Assembly: GCF_006345805.1 (NCBI RefSeq)
Contig: NC_043026.1
Location: forward strand, 3,038,001 to 3,102,000
Reading direction: 5' to 3'
Length of the DNA: 64,000 bases
Source: Octopus sinensis
Taxonomy: Eukaryota
Shown here: positions 1 to 11,814 of the stretch, in pieces
Numbering within the stretch: position 1 is the first letter of the stretch
Layout: each line of letters opens with the position of its first letter
The notes under the pieces: model-generated
What the model was told of the DNA's origin: nothing
The model's database searches: none
The model's input: only the letters and a program-made list of their open reading frames with translations
Translations under genes and position numbers: made by a program

Positions 1-59
1 CTTCATTGACGAAAAGAAATTTGACATCAAATAGGCAAGTAAACCACCAGAATGACTAA

Positions 60-482
60 CTGTGAATTGTATCTGGCCCTGTCGAGGGTAAACTCGTAAA
101 TCAACGCCAAAATCAACAGTCAGTTTTGGTTTGGGTGGCTGTGAAAACCACTGGAAGGTCTCCTCTAGTTTTTGTGCCCTCAGGAGTTAAAATTAACATC
201 CAGCGATGCATTACTGGCATTTTGGAAGCTGAACTGCTTTCATGGGTGAATGAGCACTTTAAAAATGCATTTTGGAGCCTCCACCAGGATTCAGGACCAT
301 CCCACAGCTCCAAACAGACACAACACTGGATTCAGAAAAACATAGTCAAGGATGTTTGTCCCTCAAGAAGCCCTGATCTCAATTCGCTGGATTTTTCTGT
401 TTGGCCCATTTTGAAGACGAGTGTCTCAAGCACTTCTCATGCTTTGCTTGGTGCTCTAAATGCAAAACCGCACCAGGAATAG
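60..482 (+). pseudogene. Tc1/mariner-superfamily transposase fragment
   Basis: ORF 126-482 reads MVWVAV...HQDSGPSHS...CPSRSPDLNSLDFSVW, a degenerate form of the QQD-x-APxH and WPxxSPDLNPLD(F/Y)xVW catalytic-domain motifs. Confidence 0.75.
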
Positions 483-790
483 GCTTTGATTCTGCAGAGT
501 CCTGTTGCCCGACATAGGGTCTTCCAGCAGCCACCTTCCTCCAGGCATTGATGTAGGCCTCTATGTTGTGTCTGAGGCCATGTGAGGCCATAACATCACC
601 ATCACTAGTGATCTCTCCAAACACCATGATGTTGACTGGATGTTTGATTTTTATCACTATCGGTACATGTCCTCAGATTGACACCCAAACACTCTGAAAT
701 ATTCATATTGGAGCTTCTGGCATGAATATCAAGCAGTCCGCATGTCGTTTCCAAATTTCTGGCAGAGTGAATTGCATCACAGTACTGTCT
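481..790 (-). pseudogene. mariner-like transposase fragment, same family as the 49040-49800 copy
   Basis: KHPVNIMVFGEITSDGDVM...AAGRPYVGQQDSA; 590-657 is almost the exact reverse complement of about 49702-49769. Confidence 0.7.
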
Positions 791-1164
791 TTTTTGCAGA
801 CGGTGCCCAACTGACCCTACTATACTATGTAGTCGAAGAAATCAAAAACAATGTGCATGCTTCTAATTAGAAATATATACTGGCAGCAATTTACACATAA
901 CACCCTCAGTATATATGATGGGCTTCTTTCAGTTTCCGTCTACCAAATCCACTGACAAGGCTTTCATCAGCCTGAGGCAATAGTCAAAGACTCTTAACAA
1001 AGGTGCCACACATGCATGGAGTTACAATTTTATGCACCCAACAAAGTATTATCGTTAAGCTGAAACTGTTGCTAATGTAAAAAGAAATGGAATGGGGAAA
1101 CTGTTTTTTCCTTTTCTGAAAAAGCAACGTTTTGGACTTAAGACACTTTTCATAATAGCAACAA

Positions 1165-1574
1165 TATACTCTTTACTCTTTTACTTGTTTCAGTCATTTG
1201 ACTGCGGCCATGCTGGAGCACCACCTTTAGTCGAGCAAATCGACTCCAGGACTTATTCTTTGTAAGCCCAGTACTTATTCTATCGGTCTCTTTTGCTGAA
1301 CCGCTAAGTGACGGGGACATAAACACACCAGCATCGGTTGTCAAGCAATGCTAGGGGGACAAACACAGACACACAAACATACACACAAATACATATATAT
1401 ATACATATATACGACAGGCTTCTTTTCAGTTTCCGTCTACCAAATCCACTCACAAGGCATTAGTCAGCCTGGGGCTATAGCAGAAGACACTTGCCCAAGA
1501 TGCCACGCAGTGGGACTGAACCCGGAACCATGTGGTTGGTTAGCAAGCTACTTACCACACAGCCACTCCTGCAT
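1165..1574 (-). mobile_element. tRNA-derived SINE family 1 (most abundant family), full length
   Basis: Head GCAGGAGTGGCTGTGTGGTAAG...GGTTCAGTCCC (A/B-box-like), internal (TA)/(TG) microsatellite, tail AAACAAGTAAAAGAGTAAAGAG; near-identical to many other copies in the window. Confidence 0.85.
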
Positions 1575-1689
1575 ACCTATGGCCCTTTGTTTCTCCATTT
1601 CTCTGTGTGTGTGTGTAAAAGCATTTAATTACACGTTGGTGTTTGTCTCTATATTTATGTATGTGGGTATATATCTATATCTGTATCTG

Positions 1690-1709
1690 TCTGTATACAT
1701 ATATATGTA

Positions 1710-1746
<37 letters not shown>

Positions 1747-1838
1747 TTTTATCCCTTATATTCTAGTTCACCAATCAGCTTTTAAGTGTCATACACTAAT
1801 ACAATAGTCATGCATCTATTTCATATAAAATACATGAG

Positions 1839-1883
<45 letters not shown>

Positions 1884-2284
1884 CACACATACATATATAT
1901 ATATGTGTGTGTATGCATACATATATATATATACATACATGCATACATACGCATACATATATATTCATATATATATGATATATAATATATATATATACTG
2001 TATATATAAATATAATGATGATGGTGATGATATATATAGACATGTATATAAACATATAAAAGTACATATAAACGTGTGTGTGTGTGTATATATATGTGTG
2101 TGTGTGTGTGTATGTGTGTGTGTGTGTATGTGTCTGCATATATAGATCTATGTATACACTGTTCACTACTTTCGTGATTATAATATGTATATGTAAATAT
2201 ATATACATAAATACACACACACACATACACGCACGCACGCATGCACGCATACACGCACACACATATATTAGATAGATCTATTTG

Positions 2285-2315
<31 letters not shown>

Positions 2316-2330
2316 TGTGTGCGTGTGATA
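1690..2330. repeat. compound (TG)/(CA)/(TA) microsatellite cluster
   Basis: Direct reading. Confidence 0.95.
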
Positions 2331-2439
2331 CTCAAGTAGTCTCCTCATTCAGGAGTCTGATTCCAACAGTCTTGAGATGCTAAGCAGATATTTCCCATGA
2401 TTCATCAGCTCAAGAGCTACAGTAATGTCTAACGGTAGG

Positions 2440-3870
2440 TGTGATGGTGGTGGTGGTGGTGGTGGTGGCGGTGGTGGTGGTGGTGTTGGTTGTGGCGGCG
2501 GTGGTGGTGGCGGTGGTGGTGGTGGTGTTGGTTGTGGCGGTGGTGGCGGCGGTGGGTGGTGGTGTTGGTTGTGTGGCGGTGGTGGCGGTGGTGTGGTGGT
2601 GGTGGTGGTGGTGGTGGCGGTGGTGGTGGCGGTGGTGGTGGTGGTGTTGGTTGTGGCGGCGGTGGTGGCGGCGGTGGTGGTGCGGTGGTGGTGGTGGTGG
2701 TGGTGGTGGTGGTTGGTGGTGGCGGGGTGGTGGCGGTGGTGGTGGTGGTGTTGGTTGTGGCGGCGGTGGTGGTGGCGGTGGTGGTGGCGGCGGTGGTGGT
2801 GGTGTTGGTTGTGGCGGTGGTGGTGGTGGTGGTGGTGTTGGTTGTGGCGGCGGTGGTGGCGGCGGTGGTGGTGGTGGCGGTGGTGGTGGTGGTGTTGGTT
2901 GTGGCGGTGGTGGCGGTGGTGGTGGTGGTGTTGGTTGTGGCGGTGGTGGCGGCGGTGGTGGCGGTGGTGGTGTGGTGTTGGTTGTGGCGGTGGTGGCGGC
3001 GGTGGGGTGGTGGTGGTGGGTGGTGGTGTGGCGGTGGTGGTGGTGGTGGTGGTGGTGGTGGTGGTGGTGGTGGTGGTGGCGGTGGTGGTGGAGGTGGTGG
3101 TGGTGGTGGTGGTGTTGGTTGTGGCGGGGTGGTGGTGGTGGTGGTGGTTGTGGTGGTGGTGGTGGTATGGTGGCGGTGGTGGTGGTGGTGGGGTGGTGGT
3201 GGTGTGTTGGTTGTGGCGGTGGGTGGTGGTGGTGGTTGGTGGTGGTGTTGGTTGTGGCGGCGTGGTGGTGGCGGTGGTGGTGGAGGTGGTGGTGGTGGTG
3301 TTGGTTGTGGCGGTGGGTGGTGGTGGTGGCGTGGTGGTGGTGGTTGGTTGTGGCGGTGGGGTGGCGGTGGTGGTGGTGGTGTGGTGGTGGTGGTATGGTG
3401 GCGGTGGTGGTGGCGGTGGTGGTGGTGGTGTTGGTTGTGGCGGCGGTGGTGGTTGTGGTGGTGGTGGTGGTGGCATTGTTTAAATGTGGATGAGGGTTTG
3501 GTGATGGCTGTGTTTGCCAGCATTGTTGGAAGACTGGTGGTTGTGGTGGTAGTAGTAGTAGTAGTAGTAAGGCTATGGTGGTGGTGGTAGTAGTGGTAGT
3601 GGTAGTAATAGTAGTAGTAGTAGTACTAGTAGTAGTAGCAGTAGTAGTAGTAGTGGGGGGGTCATAGCTGGTGTGGTGGAAATCGTCGTGGTGGTGGTGG
3701 TGGTAGTCATGACAGTGGTGTTATAGGTGGTGGTGAGGTTTGTGATGATAGTGTTTTGTTGATGATAGTGGTGGTGGTGGTAGTGGTGGTCATGACGGTG
3801 GTGATAGTAGTTGTACAGGTGGTGGTGGTGGTGGTGGTGGTGGTGGTGGTTGGTGGTGGTAGTGGTGTAT
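2440..3870. repeat. degenerate (GGT)n/(GGC) trinucleotide array followed by (GTA)n/(GGT)n
   Basis: About 1.05 kb of GGT repeats with a recurring GTTGGTTGTGGC variant, then GTA repeats. Confidence 0.95.
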
Positions 3871-4122
3871 TAGTTGTGATGTGATGTTGAAGGAGTGTTC
3901 TCAGGGAAGATAATTTATTTCAGCCCAAAAGTTTCATGACCAATGACATTCCAATAGTGACCTTCCCATCATATTTCCAGACATAGTGTATCTAGAGCAC
4001 TCTTATTCAATGTAGTAGTTTCATGTGATGATGATGGCCATGAGTTTTAGGACGGATTACAACAATAGAAATGTTCCGTTGCTGGTTCATATATACATCA
4101 CACAGACACACACACACGGACA

Positions 4123-4164
<42 letters not shown>

Positions 4165-4223
4165 ACATCTATTCAGTATATATATTAATCCAAGTGTACA
4201 ATATTGTATATCCATTACAGCTG

Positions 4224-4307
4224 CTCTTACTAATCAGTTTCACACAAGGGATTCAATGGATTGTAAGACAACAGCCCAATCATTCAACCCTGTGCTGTTC
4301 AGAGATG
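4224..4307 (-). ncRNA. decayed type I hammerhead-like fold
   Basis: CATCT-CTGAACA-GCACAGGG...CCCTTGTGT-GAAA-CTGATTAG-TA-AGAG; homologous to 43386-43483; core damaged. Confidence 0.4.
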
Positions 4308-4456
4308 GCTAATACTCCATTGAACCCTATGAAACCAATTGGTAAGATCAGCTGGAATGTGTTAATGGTTCTTTATACTTCGATTAATATATCCACTCCA
4401 TTGACGTATCAGTGCATATTTTTCCTGATTTATGTTTTCTTAGATGGCTATTCACA

Positions 4457-4487
<31 letters not shown>

Positions 4488-4612
4488 AGTGTGTGTGTGT
4501 GTGTATGTGTGTGTGTGAGTGTGTGTGTGCATAAAACCATATATATAACCATCCTGCCCATGCCAGTATGGAAAGCAGACATTAAATGATGATGATGATG
4601 ATGATGATATAT

Positions 4613-4658
<46 letters not shown>

Positions 4659-4661
<3 letters not shown>

Positions 4662-4717
4662 ACCGAAGAGATGGTATTGTGGATTTCCACTTCGGCATCC
4701 GAAACTCAGAGTTTTAT
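4659..4717 (+). ncRNA. hammerhead-like fold, U4C core variant
   Basis: ATAA-CCGAAGA-GATG..(GTGGA-TT-TCCAC)..CATC-C-GAAA-CTCAGAG-TT-TTAT: stem I ATAA/TTAT, stem III ACTCAGAGT. Confidence 0.55.
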
Positions 4718-5536
4718 CTTGGCTTTTGAATAATTGTCACATATTAATTTACAGATATATATATGTATATATATATATATATATAATAGAAATATTAAAA
4801 TAACTAAGTCTCTCTAAAAGAGAACAGCGGCAGCGTTCCCGGAAAATAATAGTTATCGCCATACTAATATGGCATTCTTATAAAAATAAGAATAAAGCTG
4901 TCCGCTTATTAGCTCCATGAGGCCATCGCCTTAAGTTAGCTATTTGATACACAAACTGTATCCATATAACCTTCGAACAAGGGAGGTCAGAGTGGATTGT
5001 GCTTTTTATGTGGCATTAGCACAAGCAAGGTCAGTTTTAGTTTGTTTTGCTTTTCAGCTGGATGCCCTTCCAAATGCCAACCACTTGAGAGCAGTGTGGA
5101 CTGGATGCTTTTTACGTGGCACCAGCACTGGCAGGGTCACCAAGTAACTTGCAAGACAAAGACCCTTTGAGAAGGGAGGGGCCATTGGAGGAGGTGGCCT
5201 TGTACCAGTTGATGAGAGGTTAGAGTCTGACAGAGAGACAGAAACAGGTGTTTTGCTGTAGAAGAGATGTGTGGTCACCTGATTAGAAAGAGAGAAAGAA
5301 AGAAAGAGAGAGGGAGAGAGAGGGGGGAGGGAGGGAGTGATCAACAAGAGTGTACAATGTGCTTTTTCAGGTGATTACTTCAGGTAAGTTCTTCATTAGG
5401 TCACACTGTCAATTCACTTGATGCAAGAATTAACACACAAGGCAGTATGCTGTTTCCAGAAACTTGCAGACATTTCTAAACCCATAGATGTAGTGACAAG
5501 TAAAAAAAATTAGCAAACCAAATCCCAAAACAAAAC

Positions 5537-5585
<49 letters not shown>

Positions 5586-6224
5586 TGCAGGTGTGGCTGA
5601 GTAATACATACATAACTGGTTTCTTTCAGCTTCCACCAACCAAATCCACCCACAAGACTTTGCTCAGCCCACGGCTAATGAAGAAGATACTTGCCCAAGA
5701 TGTAGCAAAGGGAGGCTGAACCCCAAGACCACATGGATGGGAAGGAAACTTCTCAAACCACAGAACCATTCCTGCACCTATACCAAACAGCTACACTTGG
5801 TACTGGGCAGCTGCGTCGAACTCTCATGCACCAAATGACATTTGCTAAAAAGCATTCGTGAAGTAAAATCATGTAGCAGCACCGAGTGGCGGTGCCCCAG
5901 CATGGCCACAGCTCATGAGTTGAAACTAGATAGAATTAAAAAAATTTTTTAAATTAATAGAATTTCTATATAACTAAAATCTTGTATAGACCAGATTTTT
6001 CTACGTATGTGCAGGAGTGGCTGTGTAGTAAGAAGCTTGCTGCCCAACCACATGGTTCCAGGTTCAATTCCACTGAGTGACACCTTGAGCAAGTGTCTTC
6101 TGCTATAGCCTTAGGCTGACAAAAGCGCTGTGAGTGGGTTTAGTAGACAGAAACAGAAAGAAGGCCATCATATGCGTGTGTGTGTGTGTGTGTGTGTTCA
6201 TATGAGTGTTTGTGTATACATACA

Positions 6225-6260
<36 letters not shown>

Positions 6261-6529
6261 TTTAACAATTAAGGATAACTTCTTAATAAGGAATCTTAAC
6301 AAGAAATTATCAGGTAGTTAGCGTGAAAAACCTCATAAGAGAAAAATTCGAAAATAGTTTTTTTCTTTTGAACATATTAATTTATATTATATAGAGGGCA
6401 TTATTACACATAAATGCCTCACACTAAGAGGGACATAAGTCATTACTACCAAAATTTCACTAATCATACCCAATGCAGTTTTTCAAAGCAAGACATTTAT
6501 ATATATATATATATATATATAATGGGAAG

Positions 6530-6795
6530 CTTTGTGAAAATAGACAAAAGACGAAGGCAGGTTTACGGAAATAAACAAAAGACGAAGGCAGGTGGAATAC
6601 AAACAAACAATTGTATTAGTATGGTGCTCAGGAAATATAAATAAAACAAGTGTTTAACGTTTCAAGCCTACGCTCTTCAACAGAAAGATACACAGAGAAA
6701 AAAAACACAGAAAGAAGGAGAGAAAAAAATATGCGTGCAGAGGCTAGCGAATCAACATGGTGATCTGATTTCGGCCAGAAGTCAAAGATCAAACG
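6530..6795 (-). mobile_element. Penelope-like pLTR-derived repeat (family B) with hammerhead-like motif at 6653-6686
   Basis: CTTT-CTGTTGA-A-GAGC-GTAG-GCTT-GAAA-CG-TT-AAA; homologous to the 16469-16882 pair and 29610-29790. Confidence 0.65.
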
Positions 6796-6876
6796 TGAGA
6801 CGCAAGAGCGAAATTAGGGGAGATAATAGGGTTGAATGACCTTGCTCCAACATATATATATATATATGTGTATATA

Positions 6877-7133
6877 TGTTGTGGTGATGAGAGTTACGAC
6901 ACCCCCTTGCAAGAAATAGACTGGTTTGAGTAAAGTATAAATAATAATAATCCAAGTGAGTTTGAGGTTCTGAGTTCAGAACTGAGTGAAGCTTGTGTTA
7001 GTTCACAGTGAAGCTGGAAGGTTGGTTAGTTCACAAGGAATGTTGATTGTTCGTTTGTAAAGAGATTTGTTTGTTCGTTAGATTGTTTTTACGGTTATCT
7101 TATTTATTGTACATAACAAATAATGTTGCAACA
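6877..7133 (+). mobile_element. LTR of a decayed Gypsy-like element, followed by a degenerate PBS
   Basis: TGTTGT...GCAACA termini, TATAAATA inside, followed by TCAGGCGACAAG (resembles a TGGCGAC-type PBS); homologous to the reverse complement of 12190-12403. Confidence 0.65.
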
Positions 7134-7401
7134 TCAGGCGACAAGGGCTTCAAAGCTTACATAGGTTATTTAACAATTTGTTCTTGATATACCTTGTTAG
7201 ATAATGGAAGATCTATCGGCTTCCATCGTAAGAGCACCAACAGATGCAAAACTCTTCATTTCACATTGCTCCAGTCCACTCAGCTGGTAAAAATCCTGCG
7301 ATGGATCTGCGTTCCATCCTGGTGGGGAATATATACGCCATGGAAGCCAAGAAACTGGCCCTCATGAGTCGACATGACTTGGGAAGGAAACTTTATCTTT
7401 T

Positions 7402-8308
7402 ACTAGCAGTATCGCCCGGCGTTGCTTGGGTTTGTAAGGGAAATAACTATATAAGCATTTTTAGAGAGTTATAGCCAAAAAATAGCAAAAAATGCATTAA
7501 AAATGGAAAAAAAATGATGGTAATTTTTTAAAAAATCGTTGACTCATCGTAGACATTTTAAGAGAGTTACTTCCCTTATATCAGAGTGAAAAAATGCATT
7601 AAAATGGAAAAAAATGATGGTAAATTTTTTTTAAATCGTAGACTCATCGTAGACGCACGTTAATACCCAGAAGGGCTCGATATGAATCACGACTATAAGA
7701 TACCCGGTTTTGGTTAAGCTGCACCGCAAAATGTGGGAGTAGTTAGGAATCTAAATCGTAGGAGACAGACACACAACTTCACTTTTATATATAAACTAGC
7801 AGTATCGCCCGGCGTTGCTCGGGTTTGTAAGGGAAATAACTATATAAGCATTTTTAGAGAGTTACTTCCCTTATAGATGCCAATTCGGGCTTTCTTAGCC
7901 ATTTCTGTTTTGGTGTCTTCAAGCCATGAAGTCCTTGTTCTAAAAGAACGCTGGTCTCCTTGACAACGCTTTACGACGTTGATTTCCTTACACTCCCTTC
8001 CCCACAGCTTCACGAGGGAGGGAAGAAGGGGGAGAAGCAAACAGGTGCAGGTGTGACCATGGACGCCAACTCCGCCGCCATCGACACACGAAAAATTATG
8101 CATTAAAATGGAATAAAAAATTATGTTAAATTATTTTTAAAATCGTAGACTCATCGTAGACGCGCGCTAATACCCAGACGGGCTCGATATGAATCACGAC
8201 TATAAGATACCCGAATTTGGTTAAACTGCACCGCAAAATGTGGGAGTAGTTAGGAATCTAAATCGAAGGGGACAGACACTCACACAACTACAGTTTTATA
8301 TATATAGA
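7402..8308 (+). mobile_element. two tandem non-autonomous Helitron/Helentron-like (Lep1/DINE-like) units, 7402-7794 and 7795-8308
   Basis: Both start ACTAGCAGTATCGCCCGGCGTTGCT(T/C)GGG (CCCG..CGGG hairpin), share AATACCCAGA...GGGAGTAGTTAGGAATCTAAATCG and end GACAGACAC...TTTTATATATA. Confidence 0.6.
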
Positions 8309-8719
8309 TATTAATTCCTTCTCTGCATTGAGAGGTCCCAGCTGAAGTGCTGCAGACATCTGATTAGAATGTTGTTGGAAAGAACCGCAAAATGGATTTT
8401 TCAAGTTATCTGACAGGAGAACCAGGAGTAGACCAAGAACGACATGGTTGGATGATACCAACTGTTGCAGCTGCCACATTTGGGAATTCAACCGGAAAGT
8501 CTAATGATGGTTGTTTTTGATAACACCCTATGAAGGGGGGGGGGGCTAAAGTCTGTACCTTGATGACCTTCCCAGGAACAGTGGGTGGAGATGGATGGAT
8601 GGACACAGCAAATAGTTCATAACATAAACAAGAGGTGGATTAAAGAAGGGCATTGTCAAGAGAAAAAGGGATCTGAGAGGGCACAGAAAGTTTCTGTGAG
8701 GATAAAAGGGTAAAGACCC

Positions 8720-9052
8720 CCTTCGGTCATGAATGACCATGGGATCGCACCTAGAAAGTTCCCCTCTGAAGCATAAGTCTAGGCAAGGCTGTTTATGGAA
8801 GACCAGCAGTCGCCCATGCATACCGGCCTCCCTTCTCCATGGCACCAGTGTTATCCAAGGGAAAGGAAAAGGGGCCAATACAGCTTGGCACCAGAGACAT
8901 CATCACAATTCATTTCTACAGCTGAGTGAATTGGAGCAATGTGAAATAAAGTGTCTTGCTCAAGAACACAACACACAGTCTGGTCCAGAAATTGAACTCA
9001 CTACCTCATGATTGTGAGCCCAACACTCTAACCACTGAGCCATGCATCTTCA
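8720..9052 (-). mobile_element. tRNA-derived SINE (family with TTGAGCAAGACACTTTATTTCACATTGCTCCA...CAGCTG domain)
   Basis: A box TGGCTCAGTGG and B-box-like GAGTTCAATTTC on the minus strand; related pieces at 7240-7380, 13460-13820 and 62110-62757. Confidence 0.75.
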
Positions 9053-9669
9053 CTGTGAGGATGAAGGGGACTGTTTATTAAACATTGATAGGAAACTGTT
9101 AGGGAAGCTGCAAATTTTGTGGATGTGTTACCATGTGGCATAAAAGGAATATTGGTTTCAAATTTTAGCACAAGGCCAGCAATTTCAGGGGAGAAAGTGA
9201 ATTGATTACATTGACCCCAATGTTCAACTGATACATATTTCATCAATCCTGAACAGATGAAAGGCTAAGTCGACTGCATCAGTTCTTTGGCATAAAGTCT
9301 GTAGATGATACAGGGGCAGAATCATTTGAGTAATATTTTCCAATCTGGATTCCATGGAATGACATGAGTGTCTGAGGAATTTTGGTAAATAGTAGAACAA
9401 TAGTATGCAAATGCATTTTTGAACGATATTTGTGTTAAATTTTATATCATCATCATCATCATCATTTAGTGTCCCCTTTTCACGCTGGTAGGGTTAGACG
9501 GTTTGACTGGAATTGGTAACCCAGAGAGCTGTACTTCGCTCCGGTCTGATCTGGCATGGTTTTTATGGCTCTTTTACTGAAATGCTAAATTGCGAGGATA
9601 TAAACACACCAACACTGGTGATTAGGGACAAACACTGACACAAAGACACCCACACACATAATTATATGA

Positions 9670-10045
9670 TGGGCTCAAAATCTCTCGTGGAAGCGCCATC
9701 CAACCAAAATGCAAATATATGGGAAACTACCACCTGTGTCATCTCTTGTGAAAGGTAGGAGAGTCCAGTTTGCTGGACATTGTTGTAGAGCTGAAAAAGA
9801 AGTAATTTCTACTCTTCTCCTCTGGAAGCCATCTACTCGCAATACCAGAGGGCGCACACTCTGGAGGTCCTGTTGCTGAATGCCTGTATCCCTGGAGATT
9901 ACATCAGGATAGCCTGATGTAATCTCCAGGGATACAGGCATTCAGCAACAGGACCTCCGTAATGCCATGATGGACCGTGAAGTCTGGCGTAGCATGGTAA
10001 ATTCCATTGTCTCGACCACGGTCGAACAATGATGATGATGATGAG
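9670..10045 (+). pseudogene. 3' end of an RTE-like LINE with an internal inverted duplication and (GAT)n tail
   Basis: LSWKRHPTK...RRVQFAGHCCRAEKE...GRTL / PDVISRDTG...DREVWRSMV, then ATGATGATG. Confidence 0.7.
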
Positions 10046-10668
10046 AGTGTAATGGGTGCTTTTCTATGTGCCATCAGCATGGGTGCCATTTACATGGCAC
10101 CGGCAGTGGCCATGGCTACAATTTCCCTTGGTCTGACAAGTCTTTGTACATACATAAAATGATGGTTTAACTGGCAAAAAACTTCAAAGTCACTGTCAAC
10201 AATATCTTTGTTTAAGAATAATTAATCTGGTGCTCTACAAAAGTATTCAGTAACCTCTCAGATTAATATAAAATTGTATAACTGAACATCAAAACAAGCT
10301 TTAACATATCGTGGTAAGAAACTTGCTTCCCAACCACATGGTTCCAGGTTCAGTCCCACTGCATGGCACCTTGGGCAAGTATCTTCTACTATAGCCCCAG
10401 ATCAACCAAAGTTTTGTGAGTGGATCTGGTAGATAGAAACTGAAAGAAGCCCATCATATAATTATGTGTGTGTGTGTGTGTCTTTGTGTCAGTGTTTGTC
10501 CCTAATCACCAGTGTTGGTGTGTTTATATCCTCGCAATTTAGCATTTCAGTAAAAGAGACCAAATGAATAAGTACAAGGTATTAAAAAACATAAGTACTG
10601 AGGTTGATTCATTTGACTAAAAATTCTTCAAGACTGAAACAAGAAAAAGACACAAGATAAATAGTAGA

Positions 10669-11006
10669 CAAGTGGTGCTCAACCATTTTTTAAATCTGTG
10701 GCCTGCTTTGATTACTCTTTTATTCTGGAGGAGCCCCAGAGCCATTCAATGTTTGAAAACTAGCTTTCTAGAAACTTCTTTCCAAATTCCTATCTTGTTT
10801 TTCACACAGTAATACGTGTGGGTTGAACTGTGTAAAACATTAGAGAAAGACAACTGTTTTTTGTAAATAAATACATTTCAATCAAAACTTTAGACGGATT
10901 CTTAAGATAACGCTGTGGATCACCAATCGGCTATTTTGTTAGCCTGGACCTCCAAAATCTTACATGGATCCACAGGGGTCATGTGGAATCCTGTTGAGAA
11001 CAACTG
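10669..11006. mobile_element. hAT-like MITE
   Basis: Ends CAAGTGGTGCTCAAC and GTTGAGAACAACTG (CAGTGGTTCTCAAC-type TIR); similar 8-mer flanks ATAGTAGA / TATGTAGA. Confidence 0.5.
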
Positions 11007-11070
11007 TATGTAGACCACTGCATTTTTGAGTGATATTTGCATTAAATTTTAAATTGTAGGTTTATTATAC

Positions 11071-11184
11071 ATAGGTGCAGGTGTGGCTGTGTGGTAAGTA
11101 GCTTGTTTACCAACCACATGGCTCTGGGTTCAGACCAAAGCCTTGTGAGCGGATTTGGTAGACGGAAACTGAAACAAGCCCATC

Positions 11185-11236
<52 letters not shown>

Positions 11237-11450
11237 TTGTGTGTCTGTGTTTGTCCCCCCAACATCGCTTGACAATCAATGCTGGTGTGTTTACGTACCC
11301 CGTAACTTAGCAGTTCGGCAAAAGAGACCGATAGAATAAGTACTGGGTGTACAAAGAATAAGTCCTGGGGTCGATTTGCTCGACTAAAAAGGTGGTGCTC
11401 CAGCATGGCAACAGTCAAAATGACTGAAAGCGGTAAAAGAATAAAAGAAT
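11071..11450 (+). mobile_element. SINE family 1 copy with an internal deletion in the head
   Basis: Same head, body and tail as 1165-1574. Confidence 0.8.
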
Positions 11451-11814
11451 ACAAATTCTATTAAAAATAAGGGCATCCATAGGTGTTAAGAAGACCCTAG
11501 CCAAGACAAATCTCCACTTAATTGAGAATTCCTCTCATATCTTTTATTTGTTTTAATCATTTGATTGTGGCCATGCTGGGGCACCAGCTTGAGGCAGTTT
11601 AGTTGAATGAATCGACCCCAGGACTTAATTTTCTTTAAGTCTAATACTTATGCTATCGGTCTCTTTTGCTGAACTGCTAAGTTACAGAGACATCAATACA
11701 CCAACACCAGTTATCAAGCAGTGTGTGTGCGTGTGGGGGGGGGGAACAAACACAACACACACACAGATATATACATACATATATATATGTTGTAACATAA
11801 TTTGTTATGTGTGC

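Noticed and set aside
2349-3590. Six overlapping 350-375 aa Gly/Val/Trp- or Pro/Thr/His-rich ORFs
   Set aside because: All six frames are open because (GGT)n has no stop codons; no evidence of a real gene.
8395-8460. RTRSRPRTTWLDD, resembling an RTE C-terminal motif
   Set aside because: Too short and degenerate to annotate with confidence.
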